Part shown: positions 30,801-43,064 of the stretch, in pieces
Position numbering within the stretch: position 1 is the first letter of the stretch
Layout: every line of letters starts with the position of its first letter
Assembly (NCBI RefSeq): GCF_000142905.1
Contig: NW_013657605.1
Span: forward strand, 18,600 to 82,001
Direction: 5' to 3'
Length of the DNA: 63,402 bases
Source: Thecamonas trahens ATCC 50062
Lineage: Eukaryota; Protista; Apusomonadida
The notes under the pieces: model-generated
The model's database searches: none
What the model was told of the DNA's origin: nothing
What the model saw: only the letters and a program-made list of their open reading frames with translations
Made by a program: the position numbers and the translations under genes

Positions 30801-32395
30801 GCGAGCATGCGGCGAAGCTCGGCGATTGTCATGTCGGTCTCCTCGCGATTCTGTAGCTCGTCGAGCTCGGCAAAGAGCATGTCGACCTGGTCGGCGAGCG
30901 AGCTGTTCTCGGCGGTGAGCGAGTCGATCTTGGCGTTGGCGGCAGAGAGCTCGGCGGCGTGGGTCCGGCGCACGGCCTCGACGTTCTCGGCAAGGAGCAG
31001 CTTTTGCGAGTCGAGGAAGTCCTTCTGGGCCTCGTCCTCGATGAGGCGCGACTCGAGCTCAGAGTTGAGGGCAAGCAGCTCGTCGACCTTGAGACGGAGC
31101 TCGGTGACCTCGATGAGCTTGTCGTTGAGCTTCTCGGCCGAGACGTCCGACTCTGCGGTTTGCGAGCGGATCGTGGCCTTGGCGTCGGCAAGTTCGGACT
31201 TGAGGTCGGACACGGTGTTACGCTCGAGCTCGGCCGACTCGAGGGCGCGGGTGAGCTCAATCTGCAGGTCTGCGGCCTGGCGGGCGACCTTGTCGCGGAG
31301 CTGCTTCTCCGACGCGAGCTGCTTGGTGAGGCGGTCGAGCGAGAGCGAGACGTCGCGGGTCTCGTCGCGGGCGGCGGTGAGCTCGGACGAGAGCGCGGCG
31401 CTGGATTTCTTTTCGGCGTGGAGAGAAGCCTCGATGTCCGAGAGCTTGTTCTTGAGAGCCAGGGTGTTGTTCTTGGCAGCCGAAAGCTCGTCGGAGAGGA
31501 GCGAGACCTGCTGCTCGAGCTGAAGGCGGGTGGCGCTCTCCTTCTCGCCCGAGTTCTCCAGTACCAGGGTCTTGTTCTGCTCGTCGCCGAGGCGCTGGGC
31601 AAGGTCGGAGGCCTGGTGGGTGAGCTGGGCGCGGGCGTCCATCTCATTCCGGAGGCGCTCGCCAAACTCAGTCAGCTGCGCCGACATCTCCTCGAGCTGG
31701 GCGGCCATCGACGCGTGCTCGCCCCAGATGTCTGCTGTGGAGACGACGTCGTGGAGGGTGGCGTCGGTCCGCTTGAGGAACGACGAGTTGAGAGCGTTGA
31801 GCTTGAGGGCGACCGACTCCTTGAACGCGGTCGAGTTGGCGTTGACCGGGTTCGCGCGGGCGCGGTCGGTTGAGGCCTGCAGCCGCGAGAGGTCGCTCTG
31901 CCAGCGGGAGCGCGACGAGGTGAGGCCCTGGACAAGCTGGTCGAGGGCGTCAATGACTGAGAGCCGCTTGTTGAGCTCGAGCACATCCTCATACGGAAGG
32001 GCAGCGCCGGACGACTTGGAGGCGTCGGCGCCGAGGTCGAGCGGGGCGGGCCCGACAGCGTTGGAGCTCGCCGAGCCGCCGGCCGACTCGGAGTCAGAGG
32101 CAGCGTCAGCGTCATCGCCACCAAACCACGCGCCGACAGCCTTGCCGATATTGAGCCGCATGTCCCAGGCCGACCACAGCTGGCGATCATCGTCGCCGTT
32201 CTCGCCAGCGTTCATCGACACATCATGCTGCGGCTGAAGCATAGACGAGGACATACCCGACGTATCCGGGTTGTTTGCCAAGTGAGAGACAGTCTTGCTC
32301 AGCTCCGAGTTATACCGCTCGGCAGCTGCACCAGGTACATGAGAAGCAGCAAGAATCTCCAGCTGCGACTCGAGGTGCTTGACATGGTTCCACAT
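24818..32395 (-). CDS. Giant (~2,400 aa) coiled-coil protein; complement(join(24818..28089,28423..32395)); further 5' exons likely
   Basis: Two long same-frame heptad-rich ORFs are joined by a phase-1 GTGCGT...GGGCAG intron (...LKQRL-D-RTKDAN...). A further acceptor at 32410 suggests upstream exons across the gap. Confidence 0.7.
28090..28422 (-). other. Predicted spliceosomal intron (333 nt)
   Basis: GTGCGT donor, internal C-rich tract and stop codon, TGGAC-GGGC-AG acceptor; splicing fuses the two coiled-coil ORFs. Confidence 0.7.
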
Positions 32396-34365
32396 TTTGC
32401 GTTCGTCGTCTGGGTAGAGGGGATGTTGTGAGGGTTTGGGGGGGAGAGGGGGGGAGGGGGGGGGGGTATGGGTAGGTTGGGAGGGGGGGGGGGTTNNNNN
32501 NNNNNNNNNNNNNNNNNNNNNNNNNNNNNNNNNNNNNNNNNNNNNNNNNNNNNNNNNNNNNNNNNNNNNNNNNNNNNNNNNNNNNNNNNNNNNNNTCACT
32601 GGCTGAGCTGCGGAAGAATGCGACACCGGGCTACATGCTCCTCGCGTACCCGGACAGACCCATCCGCTCGCAGCGTCTCGGGGTAGTGCAATCGCACTAT
32701 GGATCGTGAGACGGACGCCTCGCAGCGAAAGAAGGCGAGCGTCAGGTTCTCCTACAGCGTACACAAAGATTCCGCTCAGCCGAGCCTTTAGAAGGGCAAG
32801 ACACATCCCGTCGAGAATGATCTGGCCGCGCGGGACAGCTTCTCTGATCTCATCGGCGAGGGGGGAGAGATGGGGTGAGTGTATATGTAAAAAGAGGGGG
32901 AAGGGGGGAGGAAGATACAGTATATATTGCGTATGTGTGGTTGGGGAAGGAGTGCGGATAAAGGGCGTGGTGGTAGGCGAGGTGATAAAGTGGCGGTTGG
33001 GAGAGAGGGAGAGGGGGGGGGCCGTGGGGGTATGGGGCTTTTGCCACGTAAAAACATTGATTAATTGTGGTGGTGGACAGCGGCAGACGGTAGCCGATCA
33101 AGCTGCGGAGCAAGACAAGGTGGGCTGTGGGGGGGAGGGAGGAGGGGGGGAAGGGGAAGGAATGAGCGGTCTCACCACGTACGACTACCAGTGAGACTGA
33201 TGGTATGGGAGGGGTGGAGGGCTGTGCGAGACGGTGAAGGGCTCGACCGCACAATGTCCTCACTCTCACGCAGCGAGTCCATGGCTGGTGGGGTGGAGGG
33301 GGAGAGGTGTGGCTGAGGTGGTATGCCAACGGTTGGTGAGGCTGAAAATGGGGAGCGGTGGGACGGGCTGATGTGGAGGAGGAGCTGATCAGCACAGATG
33401 GTGAGATGGTTGGATTGAGAAGAGAGAGTAGTGGGAGAAGGGGGGGTTGGGGGGTTGGCGGGGAGTGAGGGGGATAGGGGGGATAGGTGTATATTCTCGT
33501 CGATCTTTGCCATTGTGATGGGTGTGCTGGGGATCTTGTAGAGTTTGTGGGGGGCGGTGTGGAGGAGGGTATGGCGGAGGAAGGCGGGGATGATGGGCAT
33601 GGGATGCGGCAGCGGGTATGCTTACGTATGCTGTGAAAGATGGGTTGTGATCGGGCTCTGCCAGGGTGTGAGCAAGCCAGTTTGGGGCACGGTCGGGGTT
33701 GAGCCGGCTGGATTGCGGGCAGGGGTAGCCAGCACAAGCCATAGCTCAGCAAAGAGGAGATAACACGACTGCAACACGTCTCGAGCATCGAGTGGCTACG
33801 GTCCTCTACCCTCATCCAGAATCGCAACAGCATCGTACAACGGGGGAGTCGGCTTGCCGAGTCGATCTGTCGAGATTGAAGACTACGTGCGAGTGCGCGC
33901 CGAGTGAGCAAAGTGGTTTGCAGCGCTGGCACCTGACGCACTGCCACGATCATGGCTGCAGGTACGTTGTCCATTGCCAGCCGTCCCCCCCTCTTGTTCC
34001 CGCTCCCTCTCACGCAAGCTCTTCCCCCATGTAGGACGGCCCTCACCTAAGAGTACTCTCTCTCCCTTCCTCTCCGTTATCTCCCTGCACTCTGTGGGGC
34101 TATGGTATGGCCATGGGTAAGAGGTCAACCAGATGGTCTTGCTCTTTGTACGCGTGAGGAAGTGAAACTGGTCGTGGCAGCCTTTCTTGCGAATGATGGT
34201 GCCGCAGGCAAGTCGAATGGCTTTTTTTCGAGTTGGGCGATTTTGGTCATTTTGGCGACTTTTTTTTTTATGGGTTTTCTTGCGTTGGCAACACCGCCCA
34301 GCCTTTATGCGCTCTGCAAGCAACTGGGAGAACTTACTTACATAGGTGGTGTGTGTGTGGTATAG

Positions 34366-34495
34366 TTGACGAGTTTGTGTTTGAGGATCCTGTCGAGTAC
34401 GAGTTTGAGGAGGAAGAGGAGGAGGACACTGATGAGGACGAGGACGATGATGATGAGTCGGATGACGAGGTTGTGATCGAGGAGGCGAAGGATGC

Positions 34496-34576
<81 letters not shown>

Positions 34577-35704
34577 TGATGAAGACGACGATGATGATGT
34601 CGATGATGATGTCGATGATGATGAGGATGATGATGATGATGATGATGACGTGGAGGAGGACGTGGAGGAGGATGCTGATGCTGATGCGGACGCGGACGCT
34701 GATGAGGATGTCGATGAGGATGTCGATGAGGATGCTGATGCCGATGCTGATGACGATGCTGACGCCGAGGCCGAGGTTGATGCCGAGGTTGATGCCGAGG
34801 TTGATGCCGAGGCCGAGGTTGATGCCGCCGAGGCCGAGGTTGACGCCGAGGCCGGCACGTCGGCTGTGGCCGAGTTTGACGCCATTCCCGAGACCAGCCG
34901 CGACAAGATCGAGTCCGAGTTTGGCGGCGCGCTGCCGCTGGAGCGGACGTACGGCGCGGACGAGGTCGAGGTTATTCTGAAGGATGCGCGCAAGGCTGCG
35001 CAAACGTCAGACTCGTACCACATGTCGGAGCAGTACAAGAACGCCATGGAGGGCTACTTGCTGGCTGCACGGCTGCGCGAGCAGTATGTGCGCGCCAAGC
35101 GGGCGTCCATGCTCAAGTTTGAGCAGAACCTCTCGGGCGAACTCAAGGAGATTTCCAAGAAGCGCAAGGCGCGGGTGGCCGAGGCTCGCATCGCCGCCCA
35201 GGAGCGCCGCGACGCCCGCGAGGCCCGTTCGCGCCGAGCAGGCCCGTGCCAGCAAGCTTCGCGAGCGCGAGGCCGCCAACGAGCGTGCTGAGCGTCGCGA
35301 GCGTGAGGAGGCCGAAGCCGAGGCCCGCCGCCGCGAGCGCGAGGCCGAGATCGCCGCCGAAGACGCGGCGTACGCCGAGTCGCGCGCCGCGGCGCCGCCG
35401 TGGCGGCCGTTTCGGACGACGATGATATTGTTGACGACGACGACGTTGTCGACCACATTGATGCTGATGCTGATGAGGATGAGGATGCGGATGAGGATGC
35501 AGATGCTGATGAGGATGCGGATGCTGATGAGGATGCGGATGCTGATGAGGATGCTGATGAGGATGCTGATGCTGACGAGGATGCGGATGCTGACGAGGAT
35601 GCGGATGCTGACGAGGATGCGGATGCTGACGAGGATGACGAGGATGACGACGACGACGATGACGCCGATGACGACGACGATGACGACGATGACGATGGCG
35701 ACGA

Positions 35705-35737
<33 letters not shown>

Positions 35738-35804
35738 TGATGATGCCGACGACGACGATGACGACGACGACGATGATGCCGATGACGACGATGACGATGA
35801 ATAA
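34366..35804 (+). CDS. Hyper-acidic (poly-Asp/Glu) protein with central helical region; two apparent frameshifts; 5' exon uncertain
   Basis: Two long D/E tracts flank a helical core. The coding signal moves +1 at ~35229 and back -1 at ~35391. Acceptor at 34365; a candidate micro-exon ATGGCTGCAG|GTACGT at 33952-33961 is phase-compatible. Confidence 0.55.
34498..34650 (+). repeat. (GAC)n/(GAT)n trinucleotide tract encoding poly-Asp
   Basis: Perfect GAC run at ~34498-34575 followed by GAT-rich repeats; a second tract lies at ~35460-35800. Confidence 0.9.
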
Positions 35805-36100
35805 GTCGCACGTCTCTCTAAACTGAACCACTTCTTCCCACACCGCCCTCACCCCCCGGCTCTTCATATGTGTGGCCGTGAACCATGCATTGGGGGGGGA
35901 GGGGGGAGGGGGGAGGGAGGGACAATTACCATATCAAGAGGTAACGATAAATTTGCCGGAACAGGAAACGTCAGCCAAAAAGCGAGGCATCGATCAGATC
36001 GGGTCGCCGGGCCACGAACGGTTGCGAGAGGTGGGAAGGGGGGGGGGGGGGGAAGAGGGAGGGAGGAAGAAGCAGACGCAACTCGGACCGTATTGCCAGC

Positions 36101-36742
36101 ATGTTCCGTACTGGCGTTCTTGCAGGACATGTTGTTGTAGGAGGAGGAGGAGGAGGATTTGGGAGGATGATGTCTGAAGTGGGAAGGGCAATGGTGGTGG
36201 GTATGGGCATGGGAAGGAGAACAGCTGCAACGAGCGTGTACGGAAGCGCGTCATCCTCAAAGGTGACGAATGACCCGTCGGCTGTGGGTATGGGCAAGGG
36301 AGGAGAAGGATCTGGAAAGAATGATGATGGGAATCTGAAAGATGATGTGGTGGCGGTGGCCTCGGAGAAGAAGACTCCGACAATGTCGTCAGGATCGGCC
36401 AGATTGAGGGCTCGTCGAGCAGCAATCTCGCTCACTCCGGCAGCCATGGAGAGAGTCAAGGAGCTGATGAAGGACAACGCAGAGGCTGTTGGTCTTCGTG
36501 TCGGTATCAGGTCGGGTGGTTGCTCTGGGTATGAGTATGACATTTCTATGGCCGAAGGTATGAAAGAGTACGACGAAATCGTAGAGGTCGACGATGTCAA
36601 GGTCTTCATCGATGGTCAGGCCCTGCTCTACGTTCTCGGATCAGAGCTCGACTACTTTACCGATCGCATCACGGCGGAGTTCCGCTTCTCGAACCCGAAC
36701 GCCACCTCTACGTGTGGCTGTGGCATCTCGTTCATGGCCTGA
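36101..36742 (+). CDS. ISCA1: Iron-sulfur cluster assembly protein IscA/ISCA1 (mitochondrial)
   Basis: ISLTPAA, GLRVGIRSGGCSGYEY, GSELDY and FSNPNATSTCGCGISF (three conserved Cys); N-terminal extension present. Confidence 0.92.
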   Translation: MFRTGVLAGHVVVGGGGGGFGRMMSEVGRAMVVGMGMGRRTAATSVYGSASSSKVTNDPSAVGMGKGGEGSGKNDDGNLKDDVVAVASEKKTPTMSSGSARLRARRAAISLTPAAMERVKELMKDNAEAVGLRVGIRSGGCSGYEYDISMAEGMKEYDEIVEVDDVKVFIDGQALLYVLGSELDYFTDRITAEFRFSNPNATSTCGCGISFMA

Positions 36743-36905
36743 GCAAGTGGTAGGCACAACTAGGCTACTGCTGTCGTCGGACGCCGGGCCAAGTCGGCAG
36801 GTTTACAGTCTTGTAGCGCAAGGTGTGGGCCGAGTCCGGAGCTCAAGTCGTGATCGCCCTCACAATGGCGCGATGGCTCAAAGATCTGCACAGGCGGGTC
36901 GGTGT

Positions 36906-37415
36906 TCACTCGTACTCGTCGTGGACCAGGCCCGGGCCGACGTTGTTGTAGTACGAGCCGGACCACTCGCGGCCGGCAGCGTCGACAAACTTGCCCTCGC
37001 CGTGGATGGCGTTGGCCACAAACGAGCCTTGGTAAAACGAACCATCTGGCCACTGGTACGTGCCCTGGCCTGAGTACTTGCCGTCGGCCCAATCGCCCGA
37101 ATATGATGCGCCCGACGGGTACGTGTACGATCCCTTGCCGTGCATGACATCATTGCGGAACTCGCCCTCATACTTGGCCTCGCCGTCGATCCACTCGCCC
37201 TTGCCGTGCCGCACAGGCATGCCTGCGCTGTTCACAACGGTCTCACCCTTGTACACCGCGCCTGTCGCCCGATGCAGGAAGATGCCCGTCTCCGCCTCGT
37301 CCTGTCCCGCACCGTCTCCCGCCGCCACGCCGCGCTCCCCCCGTTCGGCACGATCGTCTCCGCGTCGCCCACCGCTCCGTCCCTTCCGCTGGCCACCACC
37401 TCCGCTCGACTGCAT
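36906..37415 (-). CDS. MORN repeat protein (MORN2-like)
   Basis: Repeated YxGxF/W...GxGxYxY/W units (YEGEFRNDVMHGKGSYTYPSGASYSGDW...), ending WSGSYYNNVGPGL. Confidence 0.85.
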   Translation of the reverse strand: MQSSGGGGQRKGRSGGRRGDDRAERGERGVAAGDGAGQDEAETGIFLHRATGAVYKGETVVNSAGMPVRHGKGEWIDGEAKYEGEFRNDVMHGKGSYTYPSGASYSGDWADGKYSGQGTYQWPDGSFYQGSFVANAIHGEGKFVDAAGREWSGSYYNNVGPGLVHDEYE

Positions 37416-37924
37416 GTGTGTGTGCTGCGTGAGTGAAAGCCGTTCCTAATCGATGCCACAACGACGACGACAACGACGACAGTCAGCGCTGTGATGTTGA
37501 CAATGACCACGACCTCGTTGACGACCGTCACCATCAGGATGACCACGACCACGACCCCCCGCCGATGCTGTACATTCATTCCCCCACCCCCCACCCGCGC
37601 CCAATCAAACAATTTTTCCCCCCTCCTCCCCCTCCCTCCCTTCCCCCCTTCCCTTCCCCCACATACCTTTGCGGCAGGTCGGGCACTCCGTGTGCTCCCC
37701 GTCGCCTTCTTCCTCTGCCGAGTACGACCAGACATGGTTCCACACACTCACTACCTGTGCACAAGACAACGTCCTCTCCAGTACCCTCTCTCTCTCTCCG
37801 TTGCTACACCTATGTGCAAGTAAGGTGTGGTGGCCCCTCGCCCCCCCTCCCCCTCCCCCCTCTCCCTCCCTTCCCCTCCTGAGTCGCCATGTGGCCGCGC
37901 GCCGTCGCCAAACGGTGGGCCGTT

Positions 37925-38022
37925 TTCATCAATCATTTCAATCGTTACTCAATCGTTTCAATCGTTACTCAATCGTTTCAATCATTACTCAATCATTACC
38001 TCAATCGCTACCTCAATCGTCT
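37925..38022. repeat. Degenerate short tandem repeat with TCAATCG/TCAATCA core
   Basis: About 9 copies of TCAATC at 9-12 bp spacing in an AT-rich island. Confidence 0.8.
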
Positions 38023-39554
38023 CGAGTGGTGGGATCTGCATGTGGAGATGATGGTGGGCGCAATGACGGTGGGGAATCAGTTGAGGACATGACCTAGATG
38101 GAGGGCAGCTGACTCATGGTGGGCTGGCGGATTGGCAGCGTGTGCATGGGAGATGGTAGGTGTCTCAGGGGCGATCAGGGCGTGAGTGTTCGTCCCAGAG
38201 GTGGTTCGGGTCCACAGCAGCGAGGGTGCTGTCAGTGCAGCACGATGCAGCAAAGTACATGGCTGTGGTGACACCGGAAGCAGGACACAAGCGAGATGGC
38301 GTCGATCGCCCTGACCATCGAGCCCAGTACTTTGCTCAGACTAAGCACGAGCCCATCAGCCACCAGAAGATGTTGCTACTACTCAGACGAGCCAGACTGC
38401 GAAGACTGTGGTGTCTGGCCACCGACAACGGCACTCGTCGACTGATCGAGCGGCGAGATGCGTGAGGAGACGAACGACGGCTGAGCAAGATGCGAGCGAC
38501 CGGTGCGACGGGCAAGGACTGAGGCACCGACAGCGAGAGCAGTACCCGAGGTGAGGACAAGCATGGCAGCCCATGCAACGCGCGTGCCAAAGATGCCCAT
38601 ACTCTGCCCAATGCCGTATGTCGTCGTCAAGTACCTCTCCTCCTCCCGCCGCTACTCCCTCTCACAACCACACTCGTCGTTGACGCGCCGCCTGCGATGC
38701 CGCTTCATGGCCGACTGTCTGTCACCTCCTCCAGCTCGATCCACGTATGTCAACACAAATCCAACCTCATTACCACCACAACCAAGTATTGTGTATATTC
38801 CATCCCAACTCTCATCCCCATCAGCAAGGCAATGCTCTCGTTTGAGTGATTTCCGTCCTCCCCCTCCCCCCCCCCCCCTCCCACGACAGCTGCCGGTGGC
38901 CGACTCGCCCACTCATATACACCCTCCAGCTTGATCATCCCCTCCCACCCGACATCCAACCCCATCCCAACCACAACCAAACACTTCATACCTCTCATAC
39001 TAACTCTCATCCCCATCCGCAACGGCGATGCTCCCATTTGACCCATTCCCGCCCCCCCCCCCTCTCCCCTTTGGGCCACGACCCGTTGATCAGTTGGCCG
39101 CCAACCGCCGGCTCGCCCCTCTCGCCCCCTCTCCCTGCACCCGCTCCCTCCCTCCTCCTCCCTCCACCTCACTCGGGCGAAACCATGCGGTCACGTCGAA
39201 GCGAGGGAGCACGAGCTCGCAACAACTACCGCCGACGTGCCACCTTGCTTCCTACACATGCTCTTCGCACGTATGTTGCTTCATGGGGGGAGGGGGGGGG
39301 GGGAGGGGGGGTGCACCTGGGGAGGGTGCGGGTGGAGGTGGGGATAGCCATGAGTCGGACAAGTAGTATGTGTTGAGGGAAATCGATGTGTGGTTTAGTG
39401 TGGTATAGGAAAATATGTAGTGGGGGACGCGGGTGGGGGTGCTTGGGGGAAAATGGTTGGAGTGTGAGGATGGCTGAGATGGACGTATCAGGTGATGAGG
39501 GGCATGGCCATGGCCACGGGGGATCAAAGTCGAAAACATGTGCCTGCCACCGAA

Positions 39555-40230
39555 CCAGACCTGGAGATGGTCCCCGACCTGGAGATGGGCCCNNNNNNNN
39601 NNNNNNNNNNNNNNNNNNNNNNNNNNNNNNNNNNNNNNNNNNNNNNNNNNNNNNNNNNNNNNNNNNNNNNNNNNNNNNNNNNNNNNNNNNNNNNNNNNNN
39701 NNNNNNNNNNNNNNNNNNNNNNNNNNNNNNNNNNNNNNNNNNNNNNNNNNNNNNNNNNNNNNNNNNNNNNNNNNNNNNNNNNNNNNNNNNNNNNNNNNNN
39801 NNNNNNNNNNNNNNNCAGACCTGGAGATGTCCCAGACCTGGAGATGGTCCAGATCTGGAGATGGTCCCAGACCTGGAGATGGTCCCAGATCTGGAGATGG
39901 TCCCAGACCTGGAGATGGTCCAGACCTGGAGATGGTCCCAGACCTGGAGATGGTCCCAGACCTGGAGATGGTCCCAGACCTGGAGATGGTCCCAGACCTG
40001 GAGATGGTCCCAGACCTGGAGATGGTCCCAGACCTGGAGATGGTCCCAGACCTGGAGATGGTCCCAGACCTGGAGATGGTCCCAGATCTGGAGATGGTCC
40101 CAGACCTGGAGACGGATCCAAACCTGGAGATGGTCCCAGATCTGGAGATGGTCCCAGATCTGGAGATGGTCCCAGACCTGGAGATGGTCCCAGACCTGGA
40201 GATGGTCCCAGACCTGGAGACGGATCCAGA
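39555..40230. repeat. 18-bp minisatellite (CCAGACCTGGAGATGGTC)n interrupted by an assembly gap
   Basis: About 2 units before the gap (39593-39815) and about 23 after it; variants include CCAGATCTGG and 17-bp units. Confidence 0.95.
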
Positions 40231-40298
40231 GCTAGCAACTGGTCGGCATCCGCTGCCTCTACATCTTTCACAATACCATCACTCTATACTCACCTCAG

Positions 40299-42148
40299 AA
40301 ACCGCTAGTGTCGACGACCGCGATCCATGGAGAGTCAAGGTGCGGAAGGAGATGACGAGAGACGCACCATTTGACGACGACCTTCTGCCGATCAAGCCGC
40401 GATGTGTGGAGGCCAAAGAGCGTGTCAACGCGCTGACCACCGCCATCGAGGCTGTGCCGGACGAGCTGCGCTGCCTTGATCCCGAGGAGCAGCGGGAGGT
40501 CATGGTGGCGCTCTTTGGCGATTCGGTGCCGCCGGTCCATCCGCTGACACTCTTTGAGGCTGAGGCCGCGCTCGACGGCGACAGTTACTTTACTTCGGGC
40601 GTTGTTGATGCCGGCGCGGCAAGCCACCGCTCGAGCGAGTATGACCACGATGATGGAACAGGCGATTGGAACGAGAGCGGGAGTGTATCGGCCTCGAGTA
40701 CCCGCGACCGCAACACCGACTTTGCCGCTGACCGTATGGCCATGTTTCTCGCAGCTGCCGTCGAGGCACCGACCGAGGGTGAGGCTCGCACCGCCGCTGA
40801 GGCGGGCACGCCTCCACCGCACGCGGCTGGCCTGCCTGCCCCGTCACCAGGCCTCACCGTCTTTCCGTCCAAGTCGCCGGCGCCGTCGTTCTCGCCGGCG
40901 CCACCCATGCACGCCGGCGAGCAGCTCGCACGTCGCCAGCCGGTCGAGCTCAGCGAAGTTGCCAAGCTCCAGCAGTCACACACAACCGCCGGCTCGTTTG
41001 CAAAGATGAAGGATCAGAAAAAGGTGCTGGCCGGTGCGCTCCAGGCGGCGGCATCAGCGCTTTCTGGTCTGCGGCTGGCGCGAAGCGGCGGCGCAGCTGA
41101 TAGCGCGGCCGGTGGCAACTCGCTGGCGTCGCTGCTGGCCGGCCGTGGCCAGCCCGTCACCGACTCGGAAGCGACGGCAGGCTCCGCCGGGCTGGCGCAG
41201 GCCGGAGCCGGCGACGACTCGCGGCGTTCAAGCGCCTCTTACACCGCCGAGGAGCGGATGCAGCTGAAGCAGAAGCTCGCTGAGGACGAGCTTGAGCGGT
41301 TCGAGCGGCTGACCTCGCAGGTGGTGGTCGACTTTACCGAGTTTCTCAAAAAGGTCGGCGAGGACGACCTCGACGCCGACGAGATTGACGCTTTTCTGCC
41401 GTCGCTCTCGGCGCAGGGCCCGTCGTCCAAGTCGACAGTGGTGCGGCTGGAGGCCAAGGACGTGCCGCGGGCACTTGCCCAGCGGATGCACGCCACCCGC
41501 AAGGCAACCAATATAGCACGCCGACGCAAGGCTGCCGAGCGGCAGTCAGCGCCCGCAACGGCGACTGTCAAGGAGGAGCGCCCGCTGCACCTCGTCCACA
41601 TCTCGCGGACTCCACCGCTGCCGACGTCATCATTTGGGCCAAAGCCTCGGCCGCACGTCCCGCGCAAGACCGAGTACGGCAAGTGGTACATCCCGCCGTC
41701 CGAGTGGGCCGCGCCGCGCAAGCCGCCGCCAGGCTCGGGCCCCGAGATCTCGGTTCCGGATGGGGTCGACGCCGCCGCCGCAGGTGCCGCCGCCGCCGCT
41801 GCCGCCGCCAACTCGTCCAAGGTTGCTGAGCTCGCCGAGGACGTGGCGCAGATGAAGTCTTCGCTGCTCTTCCTCGACTGGCTCACCGAGCGCGAGCAGA
41901 AGGACCCACGAGCCAACCCGCTGCCGCCGTCGATTAAGCAGTACGCCGGGATCACCCGCCAGGCCGAGCGCGAGCGCCGCGAGGCCGCCCGCATCCGCGC
42001 TATGATCGAGCGTCAGCAGCAGCACCACCAAGAGCAGATTATGGCCCAACACCACTCGGCCCACCATCACCACCTCCCGCAGCATCACTCATCACCGCCG
42101 GCCCAGGTCCAGCCGCCGCAACGGTTCCGCAGGCCGCGGCACTCGTAG
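40299..42148 (+). CDS. Hypothetical protein, FAM47-like motifs; 5' end unresolved
   Basis: Long GC3-biased frame; HPLTLFE, EIDAFL, KTEYGKWYIPPSEW and LLFLDWL echo conserved FAM47 blocks; candidate acceptor CTCAC-CTC-AG at 40298. Confidence 0.55.
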
Positions 42149-42172
42149 CACGTACGGAACGGAGCAAAGAGC

Positions 42173-43022
42173 TCAAAACGGCGGCTGGGTAAAGGTCACT
42201 GTGTTGACGCCATCGCGCGAGTAGAAGATGGTCCGCGGACCGGTCAGCTTGGCAGCGTTCTTCTTGCGCTTCTTTCGCTTCCGCTCCGCCTCCTTGGCCT
42301 CCTCGTCTTCGATAATCTGCTGGAGCGAGGCCATGTTGGCGGCCTCGGTAAGCTTGGCCTCGGCCAGCAGCTCCTCCTGGGTCCACACCTTATCCGGCTT
42401 GCGCTTAGATCTCTTGCGCTTGGAGGCCCGTTGGCGCGCAGCCTCAGCCTTGACCTCCAGTTGCGTCCGCCGGCGGACCGCCGTTGCTCGCGACGACAGC
42501 CGCCGTGAGCCCGGCGACGCCGCAGCCTTGGGCTTGCGCTTACGGCGCTGGGTTTGAGTCGCCGTTCCGCGCGCTGCCGCTGCAGCAGCAGCCGCAGCCC
42601 GCCGCTTGGCCATCAGCGCAGGATCCTTGTATGTCGACCGTTTGCGCACAGTCTCGGGCTCGACCTCCTGCTCCTCACCTGATGACTCGGTGATGTCAAA
42701 GTCCGAGTCGTACTGGTCCTCCTCCGACGACTCGACCACGTAGTTCTCAGCGTCCTCTTTCCACGTCTCGTGGCCCCAGAAGGTCTTGTCAGCCTCGAGC
42801 TCGTCGCCGATGAGCGCGTTCATCCTCCGCCCACGTGTCGCTCGCGATGGCAGTCGAGTTGCCAGCGGCGTCGCTACAACCCTCCGCCGCCGCGCCTCCT
42901 CAGAGTCCTCCTCCGAGGAGCTTGTTCCCGACTCTGAATCCTCATCAGAGCCAAGCTTTGGCTTCTTGTTTGGTTTCTCTGCAGCCGACGACGACGACGA
43001 CGATGACGATGACGACGACGAC

Positions 43023-43064
<42 letters not shown>

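Noticed and set aside
24846-32237. Many long plus-strand ORFs antisense to the coiled-coil gene (similarly opposite TANGO6, AidB and SMT)
   Set aside because: Ser/Arg/Ala-rich shadow frames expected from high-GC codon bias; no motifs.
34334-35867. Poly-Ser, poly-Val/Ile, poly-Thr/Met and poly-His/Arg ORFs
   Set aside because: Alternative frames of the GAC/GAT tracts of the acidic gene.
38050-39300. Short ORFs on both strands upstream of the 18-bp array
   Set aside because: May include 5' exons of the FAM47-like gene, but phases could not be resolved.
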